Source: a virus (Duplodnaviria; Heunggongvirae; Uroviricota; Caudoviricetes). Taken from it: a stretch of DNA of 64,000 nucleotides. Shown piece by piece: positions 37,277 to 46,531 of this stretch (positions are counted from its first letter, which is position 1; each line of letters begins with the position of its first letter). The stretch is taken from positions 51,550 to 115,549 of the IMG/VR virus record IMGVR_UViG_3300020045_006153. The stretch is one strand, 5' to 3'. The notes below the pieces were generated by a model that saw only the letters and a list, made by a program, of their open reading frames with translations, was not told the origin of the DNA and searched no databases. The translations under genes and the position numbers were made by a program.

Positions 37277-37746
37277 TTGAAATTAAATCCCCTGCTAAAC
37301 TAGAGTGGGATATTTTTAACGGTGCAATCTTTCTGGGAGGCTCAATTGAAATGGGTCTCGCAGAAGATTGGCAACCGAAACTTATTGCAGAACTTGCTAA
37401 TTACGAAATTGCAGTGTTGAATCCCCGTAGGGATAATTGGGATCCAACATGGGTGCAATCAATTAAGAATCCAAAGTTTAAAGAACAAGTACAATGGGAA
37501 CTTAGTGCAATTGATCATGCAAACATTGTTGTATTCTATTTTGATCCTGACACCAAATCACCTATTACCTTAATGGAACTAGGATTGTGTGCAGGACAAG
37601 GTAGTAAAACTATTGTATGCTGCCCCGACGGTTACTGGAGAAAAGGTAACGTAGAAATTCTATGTGAGATGTACAATATTAAATTAGTTGAAACATTTAA
37701 CGATTTTGTAACAGAGATTAAATTAGCACTGCTAGTCATTTACTAA
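37273..37746 (+). CDS. nucleoside 2-deoxyribosyltransferase-like protein
   Basis: IFLGGSIEMG and ITLMELGLCAG motifs in a roughly 157-aa flavodoxin-like protein. Confidence 0.45.
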   Translation: MIEIKSPAKLEWDIFNGAIFLGGSIEMGLAEDWQPKLIAELANYEIAVLNPRRDNWDPTWVQSIKNPKFKEQVQWELSAIDHANIVVFYFDPDTKSPITLMELGLCAGQGSKTIVCCPDGYWRKGNVEILCEMYNIKLVETFNDFVTEIKLALLVIY

Positions 37747-37794
37747 TTAATTTCTATAAATAATAAGTAGAAACTACATTAAAGGACAATAATT

Positions 37795-38112
37795 ATGCCA
37801 GTAACTCTAGGAACACCGTATGTACTTGATAAAGTGCATTTAGATTATCTGTACATCGATATCGAGCAAACTGATCTTGCAAACACCGCAATCAAAGCAA
37901 GGGTGCGATTATATGCGCAAGATCCTGTTACTAAGGTAAAAGTATTTGGAACAGAGATGTGGGACATTAATATTCCAAACGTTGCTGAGTTTGTAACTAA
38001 TCTTGCAATGCAAAATGATATGCGAGGAGTTGAAGCAGATAATCATGTTTCTGCATTAGTTGCATTGTTAGTAGAAACCGGAACTTCGTTAGGATCTACT
38101 ACGGTAGTATAA
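37795..38112 (+). CDS. hypothetical protein
   Basis: 105-aa ORF. Confidence 0.45.
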   Translation: MPVTLGTPYVLDKVHLDYLYIDIEQTDLANTAIKARVRLYAQDPVTKVKVFGTEMWDINIPNVAEFVTNLAMQNDMRGVEADNHVSALVALLVETGTSLGSTTVV

Positions 38113-38127
38113 TGTTAAATGAACCAG

Positions 38128-38155
38128 AAAAGGGCGTAACGCCCTTTTCTTTTGA
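38128..38155. terminator. intrinsic terminator (AAGGGCG-taa-CGCCCTT + TTCTTTT)
   Basis: Stem-loop plus T-tract. Confidence 0.65.
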
Positions 38156-38164
38156 CAATTTTAA

Positions 38165-38653
38165 TTGTTGACAATTAAAATTAGTACTATAACATTAATA
38201 TATATATTACAAATAAAGGCATCAATGGAATATGCAATAGAAGCAAGCAATCAAAAAATTAAATTACTTTTTGAATCAATTATGCCGTCATTGGTTAACC
38301 AGTTAGGATTAACAAATAGTAGAAAAGCAGTCCTAATAAAAGTTACAAACGATACTCCTGATGAGTTTTTAGGATCAACTCTCAATCTCGAGTTTGCTGA
38401 TTGTATGCTTGTGCTAATTCGTCCTCCGAAGCGGACAACGAAAACTGCATTGTTAGACATAGGACTTACGCTTACACATGAAATGATACATGTACGACAA
38501 CTTGCAAAAGGTATAATGAAATTTTTACCCAATGAAGCACGTATGTGGCGAGGTAAGAAATATACTAGAAAAACAAAGTATTTAGATCAACCGTGGGAGA
38601 TTGATGCATTTGCAAAACAAGAAATTATATTTAGGCGAGCAATAGAAAATTAA
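38165..38653 (+). CDS. putative zinc metallopeptidase (HExxH)
   Basis: LTHEMIHVRQ motif, 162 aa. Confidence 0.35.
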   Translation: MLTIKISTITLIYILQIKASMEYAIEASNQKIKLLFESIMPSLVNQLGLTNSRKAVLIKVTNDTPDEFLGSTLNLEFADCMLVLIRPPKRTTKTALLDIGLTLTHEMIHVRQLAKGIMKFLPNEARMWRGKKYTRKTKYLDQPWEIDAFAKQEIIFRRAIEN

Positions 38654-38712
38654 CACTTGACGCACACTATATTTTAACGTATACTTAACACACATTAACA
38701 AACACACATATT

Positions 38713-39768
38713 ATGTCTTATTTTATCAAAAGCGGAAATACTTACAAAGTATCGTCTGAAGAAGCAGTTGATCTACACCACACACTACCCGCAGGTAATT
38801 ACATTATCAAAGTAGATATGTTCGGAGGAATGTTTCTTGAACACATCGACAACTTCGAATTCAAGAGCAAACGCTACGGCGATAATATTAAGAATACCGA
38901 TCGTATCATGAACACATTTAAGTCTCGTGATATGAGCACTGGTATTATGCTTGCTGGAGAAAAAGGCTCTGGAAAATCTCTTCTTGCAAAAAGTCTATCA
39001 ATGGCAGCATACGAAGAAGGTATGCCCACTATTGTTATTAATTCGCCCTATAAAGGTGATAATTTCAACAAATTGATTCAAGACATTAGCCAACCGTGTG
39101 TTGTGTTGTTTGATGAATTTGAAAAAGTGTATGACAAAGACGATCAAGAAGAAATTCTTACTCTGCTTGATGGTGTGTTCCCCTCAAAGAAACTGTTTAT
39201 CCTTACTTGTAACGACAAATGGCGTATCGATTCGCACATGCGTAATCGCCCAGGCCGTATCTATTACATGATCGACTTTAAGGGACTTAGCGCAGAGTTC
39301 ATTACTGAATATTGCAAAGACAACTTGAATGACAAGTCGCACATCGACAAAATTTGTTCCATTGCTTCGTTGTTCTCAGAGTTTAACTTTGACATGCTTA
39401 AAGCGTTAGTTGAAGAAATGAATCGTTACAACGAGTCCCCACAAGAATCTCTGAAAATGCTTAACGCTAAACCAGAATTCGACGGCGGTAGCAAATACGA
39501 TGTTACCTTCGAACTCAACGGTGTTACGCAAGATACGAGCGTTTATGAGCCAGTGACGTTCAATGGTAATCCGCTAAACGGAACGCTGCATCTTGAATAC
39601 TCTACTGGAATTGATGAAAACATCGAATGGATTAACGAAAAACTTACTCAAGAAGACTTAGTTAAAATTATGCCCACACAAGGTGTGTTTGAATTTGCTA
39701 AAGGCAGCGGAATTAAAGTTAGACTAACTAAGTTAAAAGAAAAAGTATTCAACTTCGATGCTTTTTAA
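38713..39768 (+). CDS. AAA+ family ATPase
   Basis: Walker A GEKGSGKS, Walker B VVLFDEFE, 351 aa. Confidence 0.55.
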   Translation: MSYFIKSGNTYKVSSEEAVDLHHTLPAGNYIIKVDMFGGMFLEHIDNFEFKSKRYGDNIKNTDRIMNTFKSRDMSTGIMLAGEKGSGKSLLAKSLSMAAYEEGMPTIVINSPYKGDNFNKLIQDISQPCVVLFDEFEKVYDKDDQEEILTLLDGVFPSKKLFILTCNDKWRIDSHMRNRPGRIYYMIDFKGLSAEFITEYCKDNLNDKSHIDKICSIASLFSEFNFDMLKALVEEMNRYNESPQESLKMLNAKPEFDGGSKYDVTFELNGVTQDTSVYEPVTFNGNPLNGTLHLEYSTGIDENIEWINEKLTQEDLVKIMPTQGVFEFAKGSGIKVRLTKLKEKVFNFDAF

Positions 39769-39785
39769 ATAGCAACGAGATTGGT

Positions 39786-39816
39786 AAAAATAGGCTTTTT
39801 AGGCCTATTTTTTTTA
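39786..39816. terminator. intrinsic terminator (AATAGGC-tttttag-GCCTATT + TTTTTTT)
   Basis: Stem-loop plus long T-tract. Confidence 0.6.
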
Positions 39817-39845
39817 TTGACAACAAGGTAAAACCGTGTTATAAT
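39817..39845 (+). promoter_or_regulatory. phage promoter class: TTGACA-N4-GGTAAAACCGTGTT-ATAAT
   Basis: Conserved spacer element. Confidence 0.5.
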
Positions 39846-39897
39846 TAATACATAAACTAGCAAGTGCGTTGTTAGTAAACATAAAGGAAATATCTAA

Positions 39898-40818
39898 ATG
39901 AAGAAAACACTAATTGCGTTGGCCGTTGCATTTGCTGTGTGCAGTACTGCTTATGCTGGCGGCGGTAATGGCGGCGGTAATGGCGGCGGTAATGGCGGCC
40001 AACATGGCGGCCAACATGGCGGCGGTTTTGGCGGCGGTAGAGAAGGGCATTCTTCACAAGGCACTAGTAATAGTAAATCCGGTGGAGAAGGCAGCAGCAA
40101 GTCAGGTGCCGGTGGTTCTAATGCAGGTGCCGGTGGTTCTAATGCAGGTGCTGGTGGTTCTAATGCAGGTGCCGGTGGTTCCAAGTCAGGTGCATCAGGT
40201 GCTGGCGGTTCTAATGCAGGTGCTGGTGGTTCTAATGCAGGTGCATCAGGTGCTGGTGGTTCTAATGCAGGTGCCGGTGGTGCATCAGGTGCTGGCGGTT
40301 CTAATGCAGGTGCTGGCGGCGGGACCAGGTCAGGTGGCGAGACTAAAGGTCCCGGTAAAGGTAACAATTCTCCAAGCAAAGGAGACAACTGTGAACCTAG
40401 CCATCCAACGACACCAACGACTCCGACGACTCCAACGACTCCGACGACTCCGACGACTCCAACGACTCCGACGACTCCGACGACTCCGACGACTCCGACG
40501 ACTCCAACGACTCCAACGACACCAACGACTCCAACGACTCCAACGACACCAACGACTCCAACGACACCAACGACTCCGACGACTCCGACGACTCCAACAG
40601 TAAGCCGAGGTGGTGGTAATGGCCGGCCGGTTGAAGTTATTGTGTATAACGTACCAGTAGTTGATGTGATTCCTACGGAAGTAATTGCACCACTAGTTGT
40701 AGAAGTTGTTGCTCCTTTGATTGTAGAAGATCAGCCAGCAGTAATTGTCCCAGAAGACATTATTGATGCGATCAGTTTGTCTAATACACCATATGTTGTA
40801 AAACGCATTGGTGAGTAA
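39898..40818 (+). CDS. secreted low-complexity protein with Gly/Ala/Ser-rich and (PTT)n repeats
   Basis: Signal peptide MKKTLIALAVAFAVCSTAYA, about 10 GAGGSNAG units, about 22 PTT units, hydrophobic Val/Ile-rich C-terminal region. Confidence 0.6.
   Translation: MKKTLIALAVAFAVCSTAYAGGGNGGGNGGGNGGQHGGQHGGGFGGGREGHSSQGTSNSKSGGEGSSKSGAGGSNAGAGGSNAGAGGSNAGAGGSKSGASGAGGSNAGAGGSNAGASGAGGSNAGAGGASGAGGSNAGAGGGTRSGGETKGPGKGNNSPSKGDNCEPSHPTTPTTPTTPTTPTTPTTPTTPTTPTTPTTPTTPTTPTTPTTPTTPTTPTTPTTPTTPTTPTTPTVSRGGGNGRPVEVIVYNVPVVDVIPTEVIAPLVVEVVAPLIVEDQPAVIVPEDIIDAISLSNTPYVVKRIGE
40105..40320 (+). repeat. 24-nt tandem coding repeat (GGTGCYGGTGGTTCTAATGCAGGT)
   Basis: About 9 units, encodes GAGGSNAG. Confidence 0.7.
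40399..40605 (+). repeat. 9-nt tandem coding repeat (ACTCCRACG)
   Basis: About 23 units, encodes PTT; likely contraction/expansion-prone. Confidence 0.75.
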
Positions 40819-40841
40819 TTTTAACATGGTAGGTTAGAAGT

Positions 40842-41207
40842 ATGTCTATATTAGTAACATTATCCTTGGCTACCATTTGTTTTTCTTATCAAGGTGCTGA
40901 AGAGTGCTATCCAGTAATAGTAGGCCGCAATAATAGTACACCAGTCGGTGAATATGTGTTGCAGCGCAAACGCACAAAGGCACCTGGATACGGCGGCGAT
41001 GTATTGCAATTTAAAGAAACCGAAACCATAGTTTATGCAATACATCGCGTTTGGCTAATGAAACCGGAACAACAACGTATGCAACGACTTCGAAGTGAAG
41101 TGATTACAGATCGTTTCGTGAGTGAAGGGTGTATTAATGTTGAACCCGAAGTATATACTAAGTTACTTAATTGTTGTTCTCGAGAAAAACTAACAGTAAA
41201 ACAATAG
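40842..41207 (+). CDS. L,D-transpeptidase (YkuD)-like small secreted protein
   Basis: N-terminal hydrophobic segment. AIHRVW ... SEGCINV matches the His ... S-x-G-C-(I/V)-(R/N) catalytic motif. 121 aa; stop is TAG. Confidence 0.4.
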   Translation: MSILVTLSLATICFSYQGAEECYPVIVGRNNSTPVGEYVLQRKRTKAPGYGGDVLQFKETETIVYAIHRVWLMKPEQQRMQRLRSEVITDRFVSEGCINVEPEVYTKLLNCCSREKLTVKQ

Positions 41208-41228
41208 TTTTTCAATCAAACCAATAGA

Positions 41229-41256
41229 AAATAGGAGGTAAAAGGCCTATTTTCTA
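41229..41256. terminator. weak intrinsic terminator (ATAGG...CCTAT + TTTC)
   Basis: Imperfect stem, short T-run. Confidence 0.3.
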
Positions 41257-41285
41257 TTGACAATCACGGTAAAACCGTGTAAACT
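41257..41285 (+). promoter_or_regulatory. phage promoter class: TTGACA-N5-GGTAAAACCGTGT-AAACT
   Basis: Conserved spacer element. Confidence 0.45.
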
Positions 41286-41318
41286 TTACACACATACACA
41301 TATATAGAAAGATGTTTA

Positions 41319-43517
41319 ATGATTATTAATAGCACTCCTACAAATGAAGCAGTTCTGTCTAACGTCGGGCAAATTGGTGAATTTAAAATCCGAAATTCTG
41401 CTAAAGCATTTAGCATTCTGAGTTCGGGATTGTACGCTAACAAAATCCGCGCTATTATTCGAGAACTATCTTGCAATGCAGTAGATAGTCACGTTGCAGC
41501 AGGCAAAGTAGATACGCCATTCGGTGTACATTTGCCCAATGCATTAGATCCGTGGTTTTCAATTCGTGATTTCGGAACAGGTCTTAACAACGATCAGATT
41601 ATCAATATCTACACTACCTATTTCGAATCTACTAAAACTGGCTCCAACGATTTTATCGGCGCCTTGGGTCTAGGTTCTAAGTCCCCATTCTCGTACACAG
41701 ATAACTTCACAGTTACTGCGGTTAAGGATGGCACTAAACGAATTTATACTGCATTCATTAATGAAATGGGTGTGCCATCTATTGCACTAATGACTGAAAG
41801 TGATACTGATGAACAAAACGGTGTCGAAGTTAAGTTCGCAGTTAACGATCGATATGACTTTCCTAAGTTTCAACAAGAGGCCGCTGACGTATATACGCAT
41901 TTTAAACTGCGTCCTGTGATTGCAGGTGCCCACGGTTTCCGATTTATCGATCGTGAATACAGCGATGTAAACATTGTTCCCGGTGTTAGTTCCTATAAGA
42001 ACACAGGATATTACAATATGTCTAGCGTTGCATTGATGGGCAACATTGCGTATCCTATCAATGTACCTAATGCAGAGCAAAACTTGGGAGACTTAGCAGG
42101 GCTATTGAACTGCGGTCTTGAAATTCAATTTAATATCGGCGACCTCGATTTTCAAGCATCGAGAGAAGGCCTTAGTTATATTCCACAAACAATTGCTGCT
42201 ATCAAGAAAAAACTTGAAGAGTTGAATGCACAACTATCGATTCGTCTTGCAGCAGATGCCGATGCAATTCAAAACAAATGGGATCGTGCACTATTCTTGC
42301 TTTCGAAGAAAGATGTTCAATTGTGGAGTGCGTCAGTATCTAAGTATCTCACAGATACACAATTTTCGCTAGTTACACGGGATAATTACGGCATTCGTGC
42401 TAAGGTTTTTAAACTAAGTGCTAACATGCTTGCTAACGATTTTAATATTGCAATGAACGGATTCGATAAGAATCGTGGTTATAATAGTACAGTCCATATT
42501 ATTCGGGCAGGACCAGTGCATGAAAAACGTGCAGACGGCACCGGATATGATATTGTCGATAATGAATGGACGATTACTGTTAGTAAAGATCAATACTTTA
42601 TTGAAAATGATTTAAAAATCGGTGCGATTGAACGTGCAAAATATAACTGGCGCACCGCTCGTAATTCACAGAATAGTTACACAGATTATGTATATATATT
42701 GTCTAAGGCTGATAAGGCCAAGGACATGGACGTTGCAGGATTTTTGAAACTGTTGGAAATGCCGCCAGAAAATCAAGCAATGCTTGCATCGTCATTGACA
42801 GAAAAGCCAAAGATAGCAAAAGCCTCGGGCAAAAATGTTACGATATTGCGTCTTGAGGAAAAGACCACAGGATGGGGTCGTAAAACCGGTGATAGTGTTT
42901 GGAAGGACGCAGGCAAGGCAAGTACGTTTGATAGTAGTGTTACATACTATTATTTGCCGCTAAGTGGTTACTCATTTACTCCATCTATTGCAACTGGCAT
43001 TGACTCTCCCGGCGCATTTTATCATACGTTATCGTTCAGTTCTATTCCTAGTTTGCATAACATTAAAGTTTATGGGGTGCGTAAAACTGACATTGAATTT
43101 ATTAAGACTCAAAAGAATTGGATAAATCTCGAAGAACATGTAGTTTCTGTTCTCAATAAACTCGATGACACATTTATTGTTAGTGTGGCAAGACACGAGG
43201 TTGACAAGTATAGTTTTATCAAGTATAATAATGTTGTAAGTCAAGTAGATAAGAACAGCCCATTTAGTACCCTTGTAAAAAAATTCAGTGGTATTAAAAA
43301 AAGCGACACTTCACTTGCTTCTTTGAAGAATCTTACCACACGTTACGCAATTGATGTAGGTGTTAAGGCAGAGAAGGTTATTAAGGAATTTGCGAATGAA
43401 TGTGGGGCCGTTCGCAATCGGTATCCGTTGCTAGATTGCCTCCGTGATTACAATGTACCTGACAGTGCATTGGCAGAGTATATTAATTTAATTGACGCAA
43501 AGAAAGAAGGAATTTAA
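41319..43517 (+). CDS. GHKL (Bergerat-fold) ATPase-like protein
   Basis: N-box ELSCNAVDSH, G1 box IRDFGTGL, G2 box GALGLGSKS in the N-terminal 130 aa; 732 aa. Confidence 0.4.
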   Translation: MIINSTPTNEAVLSNVGQIGEFKIRNSAKAFSILSSGLYANKIRAIIRELSCNAVDSHVAAGKVDTPFGVHLPNALDPWFSIRDFGTGLNNDQIINIYTTYFESTKTGSNDFIGALGLGSKSPFSYTDNFTVTAVKDGTKRIYTAFINEMGVPSIALMTESDTDEQNGVEVKFAVNDRYDFPKFQQEAADVYTHFKLRPVIAGAHGFRFIDREYSDVNIVPGVSSYKNTGYYNMSSVALMGNIAYPINVPNAEQNLGDLAGLLNCGLEIQFNIGDLDFQASREGLSYIPQTIAAIKKKLEELNAQLSIRLAADADAIQNKWDRALFLLSKKDVQLWSASVSKYLTDTQFSLVTRDNYGIRAKVFKLSANMLANDFNIAMNGFDKNRGYNSTVHIIRAGPVHEKRADGTGYDIVDNEWTITVSKDQYFIENDLKIGAIERAKYNWRTARNSQNSYTDYVYILSKADKAKDMDVAGFLKLLEMPPENQAMLASSLTEKPKIAKASGKNVTILRLEEKTTGWGRKTGDSVWKDAGKASTFDSSVTYYYLPLSGYSFTPSIATGIDSPGAFYHTLSFSSIPSLHNIKVYGVRKTDIEFIKTQKNWINLEEHVVSVLNKLDDTFIVSVARHEVDKYSFIKYNNVVSQVDKNSPFSTLVKKFSGIKKSDTSLASLKNLTTRYAIDVGVKAEKVIKEFANECGAVRNRYPLLDCLRDYNVPDSALAEYINLIDAKKEGI

Positions 43518-43519
43518 AA

Positions 43520-44596
43520 ATGACAAGTTACCCATATATTATTCAAGGTTCAAATATTGTTGTTGTTATCAACAATCAAACCCATACAGTATCTAAGTCT
43601 CATATGACTTATAACACTGTACTCGAAGCAATTAAAGCAGGAGATTGGGATAAAGTAAAAGAATCAATCGAACCCAAGAAAGCAATTATTGCGTACGGTA
43701 AGGGCAACCTCTCTGTACAAGACGGAGAAGTGTACTGGAAGGGAGAAGTGTTTTCTAGTTATCAAACCGGAAAGATGGTTGAAATGCTAGAAAGCGGGTT
43801 CTCTATTGAACCACTTGCAAACTTTACTGAGAATGTGATGAAGAATCCATCTCGTCGTGCAGTGTATGAACTGTATCCTTTTCTAGAAAAAGGCGGAATG
43901 CCTATTACACCTGATGGTCACTTCCTTGCTTACAAGAAAGTCAACGATAACTATTTCGATGTTCACTCTCGTACTGTGCTTAATAAGCCATACGGTTTGA
44001 TGGTTGATAACGATCTCAAATGGATTGCAGAAGGAAGTGCTGGCAAGAAGAAAGAAGTTACTGTTTCTATCGAAAATGGCGTTACTGTTGTTAGCATGGA
44101 ACGTAATGAAGTAAATGATGACAAGGATCAAACTTGTTCTGAAGGCCTGCACTTTTGCTCTAAAGAGTATCTACGTAGTTTCGGTGGAGACCGTACTGTG
44201 ATCCTTAAGATCAATCCAGCAGATGTTGTGAGCATTCCAAGTGACTATAACAATAGTAAAGGACGCACTTGCCGATACGAAGTTATCGGTGAGTTGAATG
44301 AGGAAACTGTACTTTCCCCAGAAAAGGCATTTACTGCGCCTGTGCAAGATAATGCATACGGTATTAAGGAATCGATTAACAAATTGACTCCGTGGCCTTT
44401 TGCAAAGGCAACAGTTGCTCCTGTAGTTACTCGTCAATCTGCCGCTAGCAATGCTGCACAAGAATACGACAAGAAAGGCAATCCACTGTCTATGACAAAA
44501 GATGCAATTCGTAAGCGTAAGGCGCGGGCTGCTAAGAATAGTGTGACGCCTACACCATTTTATGCAAATGCGTGGCCTACGCCTAAAGGCTTTTAA
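43520..44596 (+). CDS. hypothetical protein (partner of the GHKL-like gene)
   Basis: 358 aa, 3-nt gap from the upstream gene. Confidence 0.45.
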   Translation: MTSYPYIIQGSNIVVVINNQTHTVSKSHMTYNTVLEAIKAGDWDKVKESIEPKKAIIAYGKGNLSVQDGEVYWKGEVFSSYQTGKMVEMLESGFSIEPLANFTENVMKNPSRRAVYELYPFLEKGGMPITPDGHFLAYKKVNDNYFDVHSRTVLNKPYGLMVDNDLKWIAEGSAGKKKEVTVSIENGVTVVSMERNEVNDDKDQTCSEGLHFCSKEYLRSFGGDRTVILKINPADVVSIPSDYNNSKGRTCRYEVIGELNEETVLSPEKAFTAPVQDNAYGIKESINKLTPWPFAKATVAPVVTRQSAASNAAQEYDKKGNPLSMTKDAIRKRKARAAKNSVTPTPFYANAWPTPKGF

Positions 44597-44637
44597 TTAA
44601 AAAGAACATGGACTTTCATAAAGTAGTAAAATACATA

Positions 44638-44672
44638 TTGACAGTCCTGTTCATTGTTGCTATAATATATGC
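44638..44672 (+). promoter_or_regulatory. sigma70 consensus promoter TTGACA-17-TATAAT
   Basis: Upstream of 44755. Confidence 0.45.
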
Positions 44673-44754
44673 AACAATGAACACGGACTCAATTAATAGT
44701 ATGCCTGTTCAACCATCTAGTAATACACAAACTAAATTTAACTTGTAAATAAAA

Positions 44755-45684
44755 ATGAAAAAACTTTTAATTGCTTCGCTCGTAGCACTTTCAATAACCG
44801 CAATTGCTGCTCCTGCAGACGGAGCACCAGTAGCAGATTGTGAAGGTGTTAAAGTTGCAACTGGTCCAAAAGGTAAAGGATTTTCTTTGCTGTATACTGA
44901 CATTGCTAAATTGTGCAGTGCTAAAGTAAATATGTGCGAGATTAATACATCAGGCGGACTAGATAATTTGAATTCGTTGTCTACCAAAGAAGCCGATATC
45001 GGATTTGTGTCTCTTGATACGATTAATGATATGAAAAACGGTGACGAAAATATTGCTGCTCTGCAATCTGTTATGCCAGTGAATAATAATTATTTACATA
45101 TAGTTACTTCTACAAGCGGGTATTCTGTACAAGGCGAAAAGAAGTTCGGCATTATTAAAGGTGATGTTACACAAGTGGTTATTAACAGATTTTCAGAACT
45201 ACGTGGAAAGTCAGTTGCGCTTGTAGGTTCTGCACAATTGTTGGGCCGACGCCTAGATAAACAATTCGGTTATGGTATGACATTTGTTGATGTAAAAGAT
45301 GATAACGCTGCTTTTGAACTTGTAAAGAAAGGGCAGGTTGCTGCCGCATTTACAGTTAGTGGTTGGCCAAGTGGTACTGTTAAGGCGCTTACGCAAGCAA
45401 GCGGGTTGACAATGGTTCCGTTTGATGCACCTGTTAGCGACCCTTATAAAGTTAAGGCGCTAAACTATAAGAACATTGCAGTGTATAACAACAATAGTCT
45501 TGCTGTGCAGAACTTGCTTGTTACTCGTCAATTCAGTGGACAACGTGCAACAAATGTTGCAGCAATTCAAAATTGCATTGCCCAGAATTTGACTGAACTC
45601 AAGGAAGGCAGTTATCAACCTGCATGGAATGAAGTTAACTTGTCTACTAATACTGGTGTAACACCTTTTAAGGCTAAGAAGTAA
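44755..45684 (+). CDS. periplasmic substrate-binding protein (TAXI-TRAP / PhnD-like fold) with signal peptide
   Basis: MKKLLIASLVALSITAIAAPA signal. VATGPKGKGFSLLYTDIAKL resembles the TAXI Gly-rich N-terminal motif. 309 aa. Confidence 0.45.
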   Translation: MKKLLIASLVALSITAIAAPADGAPVADCEGVKVATGPKGKGFSLLYTDIAKLCSAKVNMCEINTSGGLDNLNSLSTKEADIGFVSLDTINDMKNGDENIAALQSVMPVNNNYLHIVTSTSGYSVQGEKKFGIIKGDVTQVVINRFSELRGKSVALVGSAQLLGRRLDKQFGYGMTFVDVKDDNAAFELVKKGQVAAAFTVSGWPSGTVKALTQASGLTMVPFDAPVSDPYKVKALNYKNIAVYNNNSLAVQNLLVTRQFSGQRATNVAAIQNCIAQNLTELKEGSYQPAWNEVNLSTNTGVTPFKAKK

Positions 45685-45685
45685 A

Positions 45686-45901
45686 ATGGATAAAACATTT
45701 GTTGCAGGGGCAGTATGTGCTCTTATTGCTGTACTCAGTGCAGTTACAGGAATTACATATGCCAGCGTTAACAAAACAAAGGCTATGGTTGAAATGGTAT
45801 CTAAGGGTGCAAACCCTATGTCTGTACATTGTGCAGTCGATGGTATCAATACCTCAAATCAGCAAGTGTGTGTAACACTTGCTTCTCAGGGAATTAAGTA
45901 A
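45686..45901 (+). CDS. small membrane-anchored protein
   Basis: 71 aa, one TM. Confidence 0.4.
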   Translation: MDKTFVAGAVCALIAVLSAVTGITYASVNKTKAMVEMVSKGANPMSVHCAVDGINTSNQQVCVTLASQGIK

Positions 45902-46335
45902 TGAAAAAATTATTCGCCGCTGCAATTATAGCACTATCAGTTAATGCTAATGCTGCTCCTAAAGAATCTGATCTATGGATTACGTTAGCAACATCAACTG
46001 CAACAGGAACATCATATTCTGTTCTAAAAGAATCAGGTCAGTTTAATAAAAATGACAATGGTGTGCCTGTATATGTAGTTACTGGTCGAACAGTTGATAA
46101 AAACGGAGATATTAGCGCATTGATGTGGTATGTTAAACTCGAACAATGCGTTGCTGGAAAAGGGCATCTTACTACTACAGATCCGTTAGGAAATTTTGTA
46201 GTAGGTACACAGTATGCATTTGGCATGGGGACTGTTGCTTCGCAGATTGCAGAAACACTATGTAACGTAGCCGAAGCGAGTGCTGCTGATCTTAATAAGA
46301 AATCTCCACCAAAGAAATCAAAAGGTACAGTGTAA
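45901..46335 (+). CDS. secreted hypothetical protein
   Basis: Signal peptide MKKLFAAAIIALSVNANA, 144 aa. Confidence 0.45.
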   Translation: MKKLFAAAIIALSVNANAAPKESDLWITLATSTATGTSYSVLKESGQFNKNDNGVPVYVVTGRTVDKNGDISALMWYVKLEQCVAGKGHLTTTDPLGNFVVGTQYAFGMGTVASQIAETLCNVAEASAADLNKKSPPKKSKGTV

Positions 46336-46336
46336 C

Positions 46337-46531
46337 ATGAGCGGGCCTGGCGTTATTATAAATGAACCTCCACAAGTTTGTGAATTGTGTGGAGTAGTTG
46401 ATGAATGTCGCCCTTACGGACCCGACGGAGAGCAGATTTGTTTTGACTGCGGGCAAAAAGATATTGAAACTACAAAAAAGCGAATGTTAAAATATATTTT
46501 TGGGGTTGATGAAAATGGTAACGCAGACTGA
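46337..46531 (+). CDS. small zinc-finger protein (CxxC...CxxC)
   Basis: In-frame ATG 46337 of track ORF 46280..46531. Confidence 0.35.
   Translation: MSGPGVIINEPPQVCELCGVVDECRPYGPDGEQICFDCGQKDIETTKKRMLKYIFGVDENGNAD

Noticed and set aside
38150-38190. Repeated TTGACAATT...TTGACAATTAAAATTAG sequence considered as a tandem promoter or iteron
   Set aside because: It has only two copies and lacks the conserved GGTAAAACC element. It is probably an ordinary promoter for 38165, which starts within it, so the geometry is poor. It was not called.
39914-40603. Alternative-frame ORFs through the Gly-rich/PTT repeat region (39914..40603 plus-strand, 39951..40388 and 40397..40597 minus-strand)
   Set aside because: They are consequences of the tandem DNA repeats; only the frame with a signal peptide and RBS (39898..40818) is plausible. 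A CRISPR array was also considered and rejected: the units are 9 and 24 nt with no spacers.
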